A DNA stretch of 35,666 nt from Thermoprotei archaeon (GTDB lineage Archaea > Thermoproteota > Thermoprotei > Thermofilales > Thermofilaceae). Location: positions 1-35,666 of the forward strand of contig QMRZ01000001.1 in NCBI GenBank assembly GCA_003649495.1. Direction: 5' to 3'. Numbering within the stretch: the stretch's first letter is position 1; the number at the start of each line of letters is the position of its first letter. Both the position numbers and the translations under genes were made by a program. The notes under the pieces were generated by a model that was not told the DNA's origin, did no database searches, and saw only the letters and a program-made list of their open reading frames with translations. This document shows, piece by piece, positions 25,752 through 34,660 of this stretch.

Positions 25752-27029
25752 CTACGCTGTCATGGACATGAGATCTTTGACTCTGGGTAGGAGTTCCCAG
25801 CCGTGCTCTATAATCCCTAGTCTGCCCTTCGCGCACTCTCTCTCCGTGAACTTCTGCACGTCATCCGGCTCAACGCCCGGCACGTGCACAGCCACAGGCA
25901 CTGGATCATCGGTGTGAGCTTTGGCGCTGGGCGGCGTCGCGTGGTCAGACGTGACTATTATGGCGTATTCGTTCAAGTTTATCCTGTTGAGGAGTAGTTT
26001 AACGAAGTGAGAATCAACATCCTCGATGGCCTTGGCCTTCTCCTCGAGAAGACCGTCGTGTCCAGGCTCGTCAGGCCCCTTAAGGTGTACGTACACGGCG
26101 TCCACTCTCTCAAGCAGGCTTAATGCCGCCTCTAGCCTATCCCTGTAATCCCTAGCCTTATCTCCAGTGGGGGGAGGCACTTCGGCTACCTCCATGCCTA
26201 GGAGCCGGGCTATGCCCTTCTCCACCGGCATTTCAACTACCGCCCCGAACTTCAGTCCGAGCTTCTCAGCTATGGGCTTCACCCTGGGAAGGCTACCTCC
26301 TGAGTCTCTTAGGAGTATGGCGTTTGCCTTCAAGAGACCCCTCTTAACCCTCTCCTTGTTAACGGGATGTCGGCTGAGTATTTCCACGGCTCTCCGAGTG
26401 AACTCATTGACTAGCTCCGCGGTTCTCCTAGCCTCGGGAGTGTCACTTAGAGGCTTGCAGGGCATGAGCTTCTTCTCGTAGCTGGGCCTTGCGACTGAGA
26501 TCTTGCCCACCTTAGCGTAGGCTGGATCGGTGTTGTCAACCTCGTCGGAGAGCTTGTACGTTTTGCTGCCAATTATGACGACTGCCCTATGGCCTATGGT
26601 CGCCTTGACGCGCACGTAGCCGTCATATGCGCTCAGCTTCATGCCATCTAAGGCGGCAGCCAACCTGTGCGCCTCCTCTGACTCGAGACGCCTGCCAGCT
26701 CGCCTATCTATTATCTCGAGCGTCGACTCATTGACTGTGGCAAAATTGGCTCTGAACGCCACCTCATATCCCTCCCTTATGCTGAGTCCCGCGCCTAGCG
26801 CCTCAAGAGGTCCCCTGCCAGTGTAGTAGCGGTGTGGGTCGTAGCTAAGCAGCGCGAGCACTGCTGCGTCGCTCTCAGGCGCGACGCCCCTCCCTATCGT
26901 GTACATTAATCCACATAGTGAGGCTGAAGCTATCGCGTCGAGGTGTGGCGTGTTAGCCAACTCAAGGCTGGTCGGCTTATCTGAGAGCGAGTCCGCAGCT
27001 CCATCTATTACAAGGTATATCAGCTTCAT
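25752..27029 (-). CDS. apgM: 2,3-bisphosphoglycerate-independent phosphoglycerate mutase (archaeal type)
   Basis: VIDGAAD, APESD, YYTGRGPLEA, AFRANF, HLKGPDEPGHDG, SDHATP and HTDDPVP. Confidence 0.94.
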   Translation of the reverse strand: MKLIYLVIDGAADSLSDKPTSLELANTPHLDAIASASLCGLMYTIGRGVAPESDAAVLALLSYDPHRYYTGRGPLEALGAGLSIREGYEVAFRANFATVNESTLEIIDRRAGRRLESEEAHRLAAALDGMKLSAYDGYVRVKATIGHRAVVIIGSKTYKLSDEVDNTDPAYAKVGKISVARPSYEKKLMPCKPLSDTPEARRTAELVNEFTRRAVEILSRHPVNKERVKRGLLKANAILLRDSGGSLPRVKPIAEKLGLKFGAVVEMPVEKGIARLLGMEVAEVPPPTGDKARDYRDRLEAALSLLERVDAVYVHLKGPDEPGHDGLLEEKAKAIEDVDSHFVKLLLNRINLNEYAIIVTSDHATPPSAKAHTDDPVPVAVHVPGVEPDDVQKFTERECAKGRLGIIEHGWELLPRVKDLMSMTA

Positions 27030-27055
27030 CGGGGTAAGCGGCTCTTCCTCAAATA

Positions 27056-28573
27056 TTAACTCTTAGCTGAGGAGAGCTTGCGGGCCAGGCTTAGTGCCTC
27101 CTCCAGCATCCTCTCGATACGCGCGTCTTCACTGGGACTTGTTACGGCTGGACTGCGAACAAGCTTCAGGGAGAGGGAGCATAGCCTTTTAAGCCTCCTC
27201 CACCTAGCTCCCTGCTCGGGAAACAGTGTAGCTCTCCTCTTCACTTCGTACCTAAGCACGCCCAAGTTTAGCTCAACTAAGTTTGAGGGGAGCAGGCCCA
27301 TGCTTATTAGCAGGCTTGAGGAAAGCTCGAGTAGCCCCCTCACGATTAGCTCCTTCCTTTCTCCGCAGTCCACGGACCTCACGGCTGTTGAGAGCGTGCT
27401 AATGGCAGCTTGTTCATACTTAAGTGCCAGCCCGCCCGCGTCCGTAGAGGAGAGCTCAGCCCAGGCGCTAGAGACTCGGGGCGCCAGCTCCCTAGCTACT
27501 CTGTGCAGCTCATCCTCCTCGATTATCCACGCCTCAGCCCCCCAGGGCGTCCACGATAGCCTGCTCCTCAGGTCCTCGGCTATTAGCTCGGAGTGTAGCT
27601 TCACCAACTTGGATGGGGGCCTTAGTCCCCGCTCCTCCAGGGTATTGCGCGAGATGATCCTCAACGTGCTCCACGACAATTGTCTTAGGCCTTTTCCTGA
27701 CCTCACGTATGCCCTCTCGAGCGCGTAGACGTAGTTGACAAACTTTATAGCACTAGCTGTGGAGGGCTCGAGCTCCTCCAGGAGACTACACGTCATGGAG
27801 ACTAAAGCGCGCTTTGAAATGTACTCCCTTCCCTTGAGGGCTTCGAGTATGGAAGGGACGACTCTCGATACCACGCGATGAGGTATCCCAGCCCTGTACA
27901 GTGAGCGCGCGAGCTTATCAGCGCTGAACTCCTCTACTCCCCCATCCTCGTTGACCACCTTTAGGCGTGAGGGTTCTATACCCGGTGTGGACATTCTCAG
28001 GGATGGGATCAGCACGTCGAGGATCCTTATAGCCTCCCTGCTGAGGAGTCTATCTCCAGGGCTTATGAGCCCCTGAGCCTTTAGCCTCTCGAGAGCCGCC
28101 TTGACATCGCGGGGGTGTAGGCCTAGGAACGATAGAGTGATTAGTACACGCTCCTCATCGCCGTTGAGGATGTGATAGGATAGCAGGACTAGTGCCTCCA
28201 CAGCGCTTAGGCCAGCGTAGCCTTTACAGTGCTTGACAGCCCTGAGCAGGAAGCCTAGCGTAATCGTACTAGGCAGCACGCTCTTAACTTTTATGAAGTG
28301 TTGCCCTCTCCTCGAGAGCTGTGCCTTCTCGATGGGGCAGGCTAAGTGTCTCGCTAGGGCTTTCTCGAGCACTGCAACAGCCTCATCAAGGGGCAGCTCT
28401 CCAGTTCTAACGTGTATTAGTAGTAACCCACTCGTATCTTCATATTCCCAATTCTCTATGAGCGCGCCCCGCTCACTGAGCTCGTGAGCAGCCTCGTTTA
28501 GGGCCAGACTTAGAGTTGCGCCTGGGGCATGGCCAGCCTTAATCCTGTATCCGACTAGGTAATCCTCTGCCAT
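27056..28573 (-). CDS. Multidomain ATP-cone protein (ACT-like / wHTH / ATP-cone x2 / HEPN-like)
   Basis: Clear ATP-cone start KVVNEDGGVEEFSADKLARSLYRAG. wHTH-like VKAALERLKAQGLI. The other domains are judged by pattern only. Confidence 0.7.
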   Translation of the reverse strand: MAEDYLVGYRIKAGHAPGATLSLALNEAAHELSERGALIENWEYEDTSGLLLIHVRTGELPLDEAVAVLEKALARHLACPIEKAQLSRRGQHFIKVKSVLPSTITLGFLLRAVKHCKGYAGLSAVEALVLLSYHILNGDEERVLITLSFLGLHPRDVKAALERLKAQGLISPGDRLLSREAIRILDVLIPSLRMSTPGIEPSRLKVVNEDGGVEEFSADKLARSLYRAGIPHRVVSRVVPSILEALKGREYISKRALVSMTCSLLEELEPSTASAIKFVNYVYALERAYVRSGKGLRQLSWSTLRIISRNTLEERGLRPPSKLVKLHSELIAEDLRSRLSWTPWGAEAWIIEEDELHRVARELAPRVSSAWAELSSTDAGGLALKYEQAAISTLSTAVRSVDCGERKELIVRGLLELSSSLLISMGLLPSNLVELNLGVLRYEVKRRATLFPEQGARWRRLKRLCSLSLKLVRSPAVTSPSEDARIERMLEEALSLARKLSSAKS

Positions 28574-28607
28574 ACCTGTGTTTAACCCGCTGCAGCTGAA
28601 TAAAAGC

Positions 28608-29423
28608 TCACATGAAGTACAGGACTACCTCCTTATACTCTCTATCCAAGGATACCGGCGCCTTAAGCAGCACGGGTCTTCTCTGCCGTAACACTTCGCC
28701 TAGTAGCTCAGGGTCTACGTGCTCCCTCGCTAGGAGCTTAAGGGGTACATTAACGCCTAGGGGGCGAGCTGGCACCATATGCCTAGTGCTCTTCGGGGGC
28801 AGTAAGACGCCGCTCCGGGCTATCTCCAGGATCTCGCGCTTAAGTGGCGTGGGAGGCAGCACTAAAATCCCCTCTCCTCCTTGGAGTGCTGAGTCGCCAG
28901 GCACATAGGTTGGCCCCTTCCCCAAAAGGCTAGTTAGCCGCTCCTCCAGCTCTCGAAGCTTAGCGTAAGCGTCGGTGAGCTCTGCGTATTCTATCCTATA
29001 AGCCTCGCCAGCGTGTATCACGGCTAAATCCCTCTTTCCCACCTCCTCCGGCTTCACAGGCTCGGAGCTGAATCCTTTAAGCAATGAACTCAGCTCACAG
29101 CTTCCCTCCACCCTATACCTCCTGGCCCACCTGTCTAGGAGCACTAGAGGGTTGGAGTAGTCGACCTCGCAGACAGTTATCCACTTGTAACCCAAGGCCT
29201 TCATTGCAGCCCACCTGTGCGTGCCATCAAGTATCACGCCGCTTGTTGCATCCACTATTATCGGGTTTCGCTGGTAGATGCTCCTCCTGAAAGCTGCCTT
29301 AAGCTCCTCCAGGTAGCTAGGTACGACCTCCTCGTGAGGTCGCAGCTCCTCAATTCTACGCACAGTCACGGTGAGCTCGAGTTCGCGCGTGCCCACAGAT
29401 ACTCTGAGCCTCAGCTCGGACAC
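28608..29423 (-). CDS. serK: ParB/Srx-fold SerK-like free serine kinase
   Basis: LRPHE, PIIVD, ILDGTHRW, DY...W and LPPKSTRH, matching recalled Thermococcus SerK motifs (KPHE, DGHHRW, PKTTRH). Start set at GTG 29423 from TATA spacing; GTG 29444 is the alternative. Confidence 0.72.
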   Translation of the reverse strand: MSELRLRVSVGTRELELTVTVRRIEELRPHEEVVPSYLEELKAAFRRSIYQRNPIIVDATSGVILDGTHRWAAMKALGYKWITVCEVDYSNPLVLLDRWARRYRVEGSCELSSLLKGFSSEPVKPEEVGKRDLAVIHAGEAYRIEYAELTDAYAKLRELEERLTSLLGKGPTYVPGDSALQGGEGILVLPPTPLKREILEIARSGVLLPPKSTRHMVPARPLGVNVPLKLLAREHVDPELLGEVLRQRRPVLLKAPVSLDREYKEVVLYFM

Positions 29424-29444
29424 GAGGGTAAGCCGCGTGGACAC

Positions 29445-29453
29445 GCTTTAAGC
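29445..29453. promoter_or_regulatory. Bidirectional TATA box candidate
   Basis: GCTTTAAGC lies roughly midway (about 27 nt) between in-frame GTG codons at 29423 (-) and 29477 (+). Confidence 0.55.
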
Positions 29454-29476
29454 CTATGTTCGTGCTAGTAACTGGT

Positions 29477-29956
29477 GTGGGAGGACGTGAGGAACCGCGC
29501 TTAGCGGCTGTTGCCATAGTTAGGCCGGGGAGTGAGGCGCGTGTGAAACTGGACCTACTAGACGCCCTTTATCCACACGATACGAGCGTGAGAGTAGAGG
29601 TCTATAGTGGAGCGCTAGCTATTTTCAGTAGGCTTAAGCCGGGGGAGGTGAGGGCCCTAGCGGAGAGGTACCCAATAAGGGGACTAACTGCTGTCAGAGA
29701 GGCCGCTGAGGTTGCGTGCGACGCTGATCCTCGCGCTGCTATCGAGGCATTACTTAGGAGGGTTGCGGAGAAGGGTTTAAAGTTCGCTAGAGTGGAGGTG
29801 AGAACTAGGGGCTCTCTCAGGGGGAGGGATGCCGAGCAATTAGTTAAGCGCATCGTGCGGGAGTTAAGGCTACTTGATAAGCTGGGAGCGAAAGCCCGAA
29901 TAGAAGTCCTGGGGCGCTATGCAGTGCTCTGCATCCTGTCGAAGAGTAAACGCTGA
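29477..29956 (+). CDS. THUMP-domain (Tan1-like) RNA-binding protein
   Basis: Reads on the PLUS strand (ATG 29456, in-frame GTG 29477, TGA 29954-29956), so the ORF-track strand label is wrong. RVEVRTRG...RIEVLG resembles THUMP. Confidence 0.7.
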   Translation: MGGREEPRLAAVAIVRPGSEARVKLDLLDALYPHDTSVRVEVYSGALAIFSRLKPGEVRALAERYPIRGLTAVREAAEVACDADPRAAIEALLRRVAEKGLKFARVEVRTRGSLRGRDAEQLVKRIVRELRLLDKLGAKARIEVLGRYAVLCILSKSKR

Positions 29957-30025
29957 TGTTACACGCAGAGTTTATTATGGGGGAGCTGTTATGTACACTA
30001 CAGGCTCCTAGGCAGGGTCACGGTC

Positions 30026-31249
30026 ATGTCGTACGGCGGTTCATGGCTACCGAGTTCCAAGATCTTCCGCGATGAAAGCAAGCTTCAGATAGATTATGTA
30101 CCGCGCAACCTGCCTCATAGAGAGGAGCAGATACGCAGGCTGAGGGACTACTTCAGGCCTTTCCTGATGAACCCGGGCTCCATATTCGTTAGGGTAATAC
30201 TACTGGGGGGCGTGGGGACTGGGAAGACTGCCGTTGCCAGGAGGTTTGGCGAGGATATAGACGGGCTTAGGGCTAGGGGCGGGGCAGTTATCAGGTTCTC
30301 ATACGTTAACTGCCACGCTCACAGGACTCTGTTCTCCATTATGCAGAAGATGGGGAGGGATCTAGGCCTCAGCATTCCCCGGAGAGGATTCTCACGAGAG
30401 GAGCTCATGCACCTCCTCTGGAACCACCTCAGGAGCAGTAACGAGTACCTCGTGGCCGCGATTGATGAGGCGGACTACTTGGCCCGTACACGCGATGGAG
30501 AGGCCCTATACGACCTCACTAGGATCTCTGAAGTTGTTGGCGATAAGCTCCATAGGGCTGGCTTCATATTCATATTCAGGGATCTCTCTTTTCTAGTCAC
30601 GCTGGACAGGTCTATCCAGAGCACGCTCCAACACAATATCATAAAGTTCCACCCATATACTGCTTCCCAGCTGGTGGACATCTTGTGGATGAGAGTCGAG
30701 GAGGGTGCGGTATACGAGTCCGCGGTGGACGACACTGTGATGGAAATGATAGGGGAGCTGGTGGGCTACGACAAGGGCGGGCCTGGCGATGCTAGGCTGG
30801 CTCTGGAGCTTCTCTACAGGGCTGGCAAGTATGCAGAGGAGGAGGGCAGGGACGTAATCCTCCCCGAGGATGTAAGGAAGGCTTACAGTGACGTAGTGCC
30901 CATTCCTCGCGATGTGTTGGCGAACTTAAGGCTCGGCGAGAAGCTATTGTTACTGGCTCTCACGCGGCTCCTACAGAGGAAGAAGTTCGTGAGCAAAGTT
31001 CCAATGGGTCTCTTAGAGCTGGAGTACAACGAGGTGTGTGAGGAGTTCGGTGTCAAGCCTAGACGCCACACGACGGTGTGGGAGTACGTCAGGAACCTGC
31101 ATAGAATGGGTGTAATCTCGGCGGAGAAGTCGCGGAGGGGGCAGAGAGGTAGGACGACTCTAGTGGGCCTATCTGCCGTCCCCCTACAGACACTCGAGAG
31201 GGAGCTCATAAAGATGATTAAGGAGGATATCAGGCGCGGGCTCTCCTAG
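30026..31249 (+). CDS. cdc6: Orc1/Cdc6 replication initiator
   Basis: DYVPRNLPHREEQ, GGVGTGKT, YVNC, IDEAD, FHPY, GDAR and wHTH wing GQRGRTT. Confidence 0.96.
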   Translation: MSYGGSWLPSSKIFRDESKLQIDYVPRNLPHREEQIRRLRDYFRPFLMNPGSIFVRVILLGGVGTGKTAVARRFGEDIDGLRARGGAVIRFSYVNCHAHRTLFSIMQKMGRDLGLSIPRRGFSREELMHLLWNHLRSSNEYLVAAIDEADYLARTRDGEALYDLTRISEVVGDKLHRAGFIFIFRDLSFLVTLDRSIQSTLQHNIIKFHPYTASQLVDILWMRVEEGAVYESAVDDTVMEMIGELVGYDKGGPGDARLALELLYRAGKYAEEEGRDVILPEDVRKAYSDVVPIPRDVLANLRLGEKLLLLALTRLLQRKKFVSKVPMGLLELEYNEVCEEFGVKPRRHTTVWEYVRNLHRMGVISAEKSRRGQRGRTTLVGLSAVPLQTLERELIKMIKEDIRRGLS

Positions 31250-32507
31250 CCCTCGCCGAGGGCCGCACTGTATGCACGTGGAGCCCGAGGGCCTTTGCGA
31301 ACTTCGACTCGGATATCCCTAAGCCCTTAAGTAGCTTCCTCCCAGCCTGGGGGTTCTCCTCGTATATCAACTTAAGGAACGGGAGGATTTCCGTCAGAGC
31401 CTTCCTAGCAGATGTGTGGCATGTCTTAGCAATGACTCTAGCTATCCTCATCCTCTCATCCCTCTGCTCCTTAGTAGCTGAGAGGGCCCTCAGCTTGTAG
31501 GGGAAACTGTACTTGACGAACTTAAAGGGGGGCTTCTCTCTCGCGCTAGCCACGCCAGCGGTCATAAGGTCGAGCGCGTAGGGAAGGAGAGTCCAGGCCT
31601 GTCTCCTCTTAATCCTGCCCAGCATCATGTCGGCTCTCGAGAGAGCGTCGTAGGCGTCCGCTATTGCTACGATGCTCGGCGAGTACTGGTACGGTATGTT
31701 CTCGTTGAGCCACTGCATCAGCATCTCATAGTCTAGGGATGGCATACTAAGCACAGCTTTAGCGGCCTCCGGGCGCTTAGCCGTGAGCACCTGCCTCACT
31801 ACCTCAAACATGTTCATCTGCCTGGCCCTATAGCCGAGCACCTCCAGGTCCTCAAGGGTCACCCTGCGCCTACCCATCGCGATTGATTGTAGATCATTGA
31901 TCGCGGCTCTCAGATCTCCCTCGCAGTTCCCAGCTATGGCTCTCAGCACAGAGTAGTCGCACTCTATCCCCTCCCGCCTGCAGATCTCCCTGAGCGCCCT
32001 CACCACGTCCCTGATCCCCAGCTTCCTGAACTCTATTAGCTTACACATAGATCTGAGCTGTCTCAGCCTGGGATCCCAGGGGTCATTAGCTGTGAGAACC
32101 ACTGGATACTGAGACGCCTTAATGATCTCCATTATCATGTCGAGCCCCCCTCTATCCTCTCTAGGGCTTACGCCGTCCACCTCGTCTAGCAGTATTATTT
32201 TGCCTCTAGCCCCGAAGAGCGAGCCCTCGGTAGCGGATCTAAGCACCCTCCTCCTGAGAGCCTCTGATGTCCTCACATCACTAGCGTTAGCCTCTATTAG
32301 CTCCAGCCCTAACTGGTGAGCGGCTGCGTGGACTAGGCTGGTTTTGCCGCAGCCAGGCGGACCGTAGAGGAGGGCGGCCTTCTTCTCAGGCCTACCGGCT
32401 AGCCACTTATTGAGCCATGCTACAAAGGCCTTTTTAGCCTCAGGATTACCTACTACCTCGTCTATCCTCTTGGGTCTATACTTCTCTGTCCAAGGCACTA
32501 TGCTCAT
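31230..32507 (-). CDS. rfcL: Replication factor C large subunit
   Basis: PWTEKYRP, YGPPGCGKT, NASD, LDEVDG, TANDPW and WLNENIP. Confidence 0.96.
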   Translation of the reverse strand: MSIVPWTEKYRPKRIDEVVGNPEAKKAFVAWLNKWLAGRPEKKAALLYGPPGCGKTSLVHAAAHQLGLELIEANASDVRTSEALRRRVLRSATEGSLFGARGKIILLDEVDGVSPREDRGGLDMIMEIIKASQYPVVLTANDPWDPRLRQLRSMCKLIEFRKLGIRDVVRALREICRREGIECDYSVLRAIAGNCEGDLRAAINDLQSIAMGRRRVTLEDLEVLGYRARQMNMFEVVRQVLTAKRPEAAKAVLSMPSLDYEMLMQWLNENIPYQYSPSIVAIADAYDALSRADMMLGRIKRRQAWTLLPYALDLMTAGVASAREKPPFKFVKYSFPYKLRALSATKEQRDERMRIARVIAKTCHTSARKALTEILPFLKLIYEENPQAGRKLLKGLGISESKFAKALGLHVHTVRPSARARRARA

Positions 32508-33496
32508 GCTCGGCCCCTCTTAGCTCCTATTAGTGCCATCTTGGCTAACAGCGCGTTTAGCTGGATCTCATCGTCAGCGCCCTCAACTATCCTGTAATTC
32601 AGCTCACCTAGCAACTCAACGAGTTCAAGCCTAGTTCTCTCGTCGAGGTCCAGGCCGCTCCTGGCCGAGGTCACTTCCCTGTACACAAGCTTTATTACGT
32701 CGACTCCTGAGAGGCCATAAGAGTAGAGTAGTGCCCTGAGCTTCTCCCGAGCCGCTAAGAAGTTGCCTCCCAGCGCGAGTTTTATCATATCCCTGATCTC
32801 GGTAGGAGTGACCTTGCCTAGAGCCTTGTAGACCGTGTCGGCGTCGACTACCTCGCCTATGGCGGCAGCTGCCTGAAGGGCATTTATCGCCTTCCTCATA
32901 TCGCCCATGCTCTCCTCCCATATCGCCTCGAGCCCGTCCTCAGTCACCTTGACGCCCTCACTCTCAGCTATGTACCTGAGCCTAGCAATGAAGTCCTCCT
33001 TCGGTATAGGCTGGAACCTAAATATCGCGCATCTCGACTGTATCGGCTCTATAATCTTCGACGCGTAATTCGCTATCAGTATGAAGCGTGCAGTCCTGGA
33101 GTATAGCTCCATGGTTCTCCGCAGCGCTTGCTGAGCATCACCGGTCATGTTATCGGCCTCGTCAAGTATTATCAGCTTGAAGGGAACCTCGCTGAGCGGA
33201 ACGGTCCTAGCGTACTCCTTTATCCTGGTCCTGATGACATCGATCCCTCGCTCATCCGAAGCGTTGAGCTCCAAGGTGTTATCACGCCACTTCTCGCCGT
33301 ACAGTTCATAGGCGAGGCATAATGCTGCCGTCGTCTTCCCCGTGCCGGGAGGGCCGACGAAGAGGAGATGTGGCACATTCTTCTCTCTGACGAACTCCTT
33401 CAGTCTCTCGACTATCTCCCTCTGGTCCACCATCTCATCTAGCCTCCTCGGCCTGTACTTCTCAACCCACAACTCCAGCGAGTACCGCTCACTCAT
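32504..33496 (-). CDS. rfcS: Replication factor C small subunit
   Basis: WVEKYRP, GPPGTGKT, NASDERG, LDEAD, QQALRR and SRC. No intein. Confidence 0.97.
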   Translation of the reverse strand: MSERYSLELWVEKYRPRRLDEMVDQREIVERLKEFVREKNVPHLLFVGPPGTGKTTAALCLAYELYGEKWRDNTLELNASDERGIDVIRTRIKEYARTVPLSEVPFKLIILDEADNMTGDAQQALRRTMELYSRTARFILIANYASKIIEPIQSRCAIFRFQPIPKEDFIARLRYIAESEGVKVTEDGLEAIWEESMGDMRKAINALQAAAAIGEVVDADTVYKALGKVTPTEIRDMIKLALGGNFLAAREKLRALLYSYGLSGVDVIKLVYREVTSARSGLDLDERTRLELVELLGELNYRIVEGADDEIQLNALLAKMALIGAKRGRA

Positions 33497-33648
33497 CGCC
33501 TCCACCGCCCCGTAGTTATGGGAGCTACGCGTTATATAGCTAGTGTATGTCTAAGGGAGTCTTCAAATGTTAACTCATCTCGGTGCTCATCAACTTTATT
33601 ACAACAGCCAAGGTTAAAAGGGCGGTAGAGTCGGAAAGGCGGGAGACC

Positions 33649-33879
33649 TTGAGGCGGGTAGTGGCCTTCGTGCTCGCGACTATAAGGACGGGGAAGGAGT
33701 ACGATGTAGTGGAGGAGGTGAGGAAGATAGAGGGGGTTAAGGAGGTTTTCATAACCTACGGAGTATGGGACGCGCTGATCAGGGTTGAGGTGAGCTCCCT
33801 CAGCGAGCTTGACAAGGTTGTGACTCAGATAAGGGGCGTCGAGGGGGTCGAGTACACTACGACACTTGTGGGTGTCTAA
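33649..33879 (+). CDS. Stand-alone Lrp/AsnC ligand-binding (RAM) domain protein
   Basis: AFVL...IEGVKEVFITYGVWD...IRGVEGVEYTTTL with no HTH. Start uncertain (TTG 33649 or GTG 33661). Confidence 0.88.
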   Translation: MRRVVAFVLATIRTGKEYDVVEEVRKIEGVKEVFITYGVWDALIRVEVSSLSELDKVVTQIRGVEGVEYTTTLVGV

Positions 33880-34648
33880 AGTGGAGAGGGCGTCAAAGAT
33901 AGCGAGCATACTGGTTAAGGTAGCCTCTAGAAGCGGAGTAGCTGTGAAGAGGGCTGGCCACAGGCTGTACCAGATCTACATAAGGCCTGTAAGGCTGATG
34001 GAGGAGGTGAGGGAGAATCCCGATGCGTCAGCGCCGGCCATACTGATAACCGTGGGCTTCACACTGCAGACCCTCATAGTATGTGCGCTACTGTCTGGCG
34101 TCAAGCTCAGCCTGCAGAACGCGCCCCCTGTAGACTTGCTGTCAGGCTTCTACTCAAACCTCCCGACATATGTTTTGTTAAGAGGCATCTCGCTCTTTGC
34201 GGTGTGGTTCATACTCTTCATCATATACTGGTTCGTGATGTACATACTGGGATCCCGCGTGGAAGGCTTTACGGTGTTCTCAGCGGTGGGCTACACGTTG
34301 TCCTGCCAGCTGCTCACGTTTGCCGCAGTGTTGGCACTCTACATTGCAGCGGCTTCCATGACTCCCTCCATCACGCTAGTGGGTGTGAGGGGGGTTTACC
34401 CCCAGCTATTTTCCCTAGCGGCGCACAGGTATAGGCTAGATGTGGAGAGCACTATGATAGGCGTCCCGGTCCAGGGGCTCATAGACGGCTTCGAGTACTT
34501 TGGCTCTATCTGGAGTACTCTACTGACGTTGCTCACATTTAGGATAGTGGGCGAGCTCCCCTGGAAGAAGGCAATAGGTGGAGGACTGGCAGCTGCAGCA
34601 GCGGCGTGGTTCATAGCTGGGGTCTTCAGGATCGCAGGCCTGATTTAG
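33866..34648 (+). CDS. Multi-pass membrane protein, Yip1-like
   Basis: IRPVRLMEEVRENPD pattern plus about five hydrophobic segments. Same layout as 6285..7076. Confidence 0.7.
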   Translation: MWVSKVERASKIASILVKVASRSGVAVKRAGHRLYQIYIRPVRLMEEVRENPDASAPAILITVGFTLQTLIVCALLSGVKLSLQNAPPVDLLSGFYSNLPTYVLLRGISLFAVWFILFIIYWFVMYILGSRVEGFTVFSAVGYTLSCQLLTFAAVLALYIAAASMTPSITLVGVRGVYPQLFSLAAHRYRLDVESTMIGVPVQGLIDGFEYFGSIWSTLLTLLTFRIVGELPWKKAIGGGLAAAAAAWFIAGVFRIAGLI

Positions 34649-34660
34649 AAGGCCTACCAG

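Noticed and set aside
29456..29956. ORF-track label of minus strand for the 166-aa ORF
   Set aside because: ATGTTCGTGCTA at 29456 and TGA at 29954-29956 read on the plus strand and give the listed protein.
29957..30025. Replication origin upstream of cdc6
   Set aside because: Only 69 bp, not strongly AT-rich, and no ORB repeats. The partial TTCCAG hits near 40 and 25706 are isolated.
30026..33505. Inteins in Cdc6, RFC or the RadA-like protein
   Set aside because: Lengths are normal and motifs are contiguous.
33545..33594. TTGATGA...TTGAAGA C/D-like pattern, sharing 13 nt (TCGGTGCTCATCA) with 7686-7698
   Set aside because: The first guide would be only 8 nt and there is no D box. A 13-nt match is expected by chance in 35 kb.
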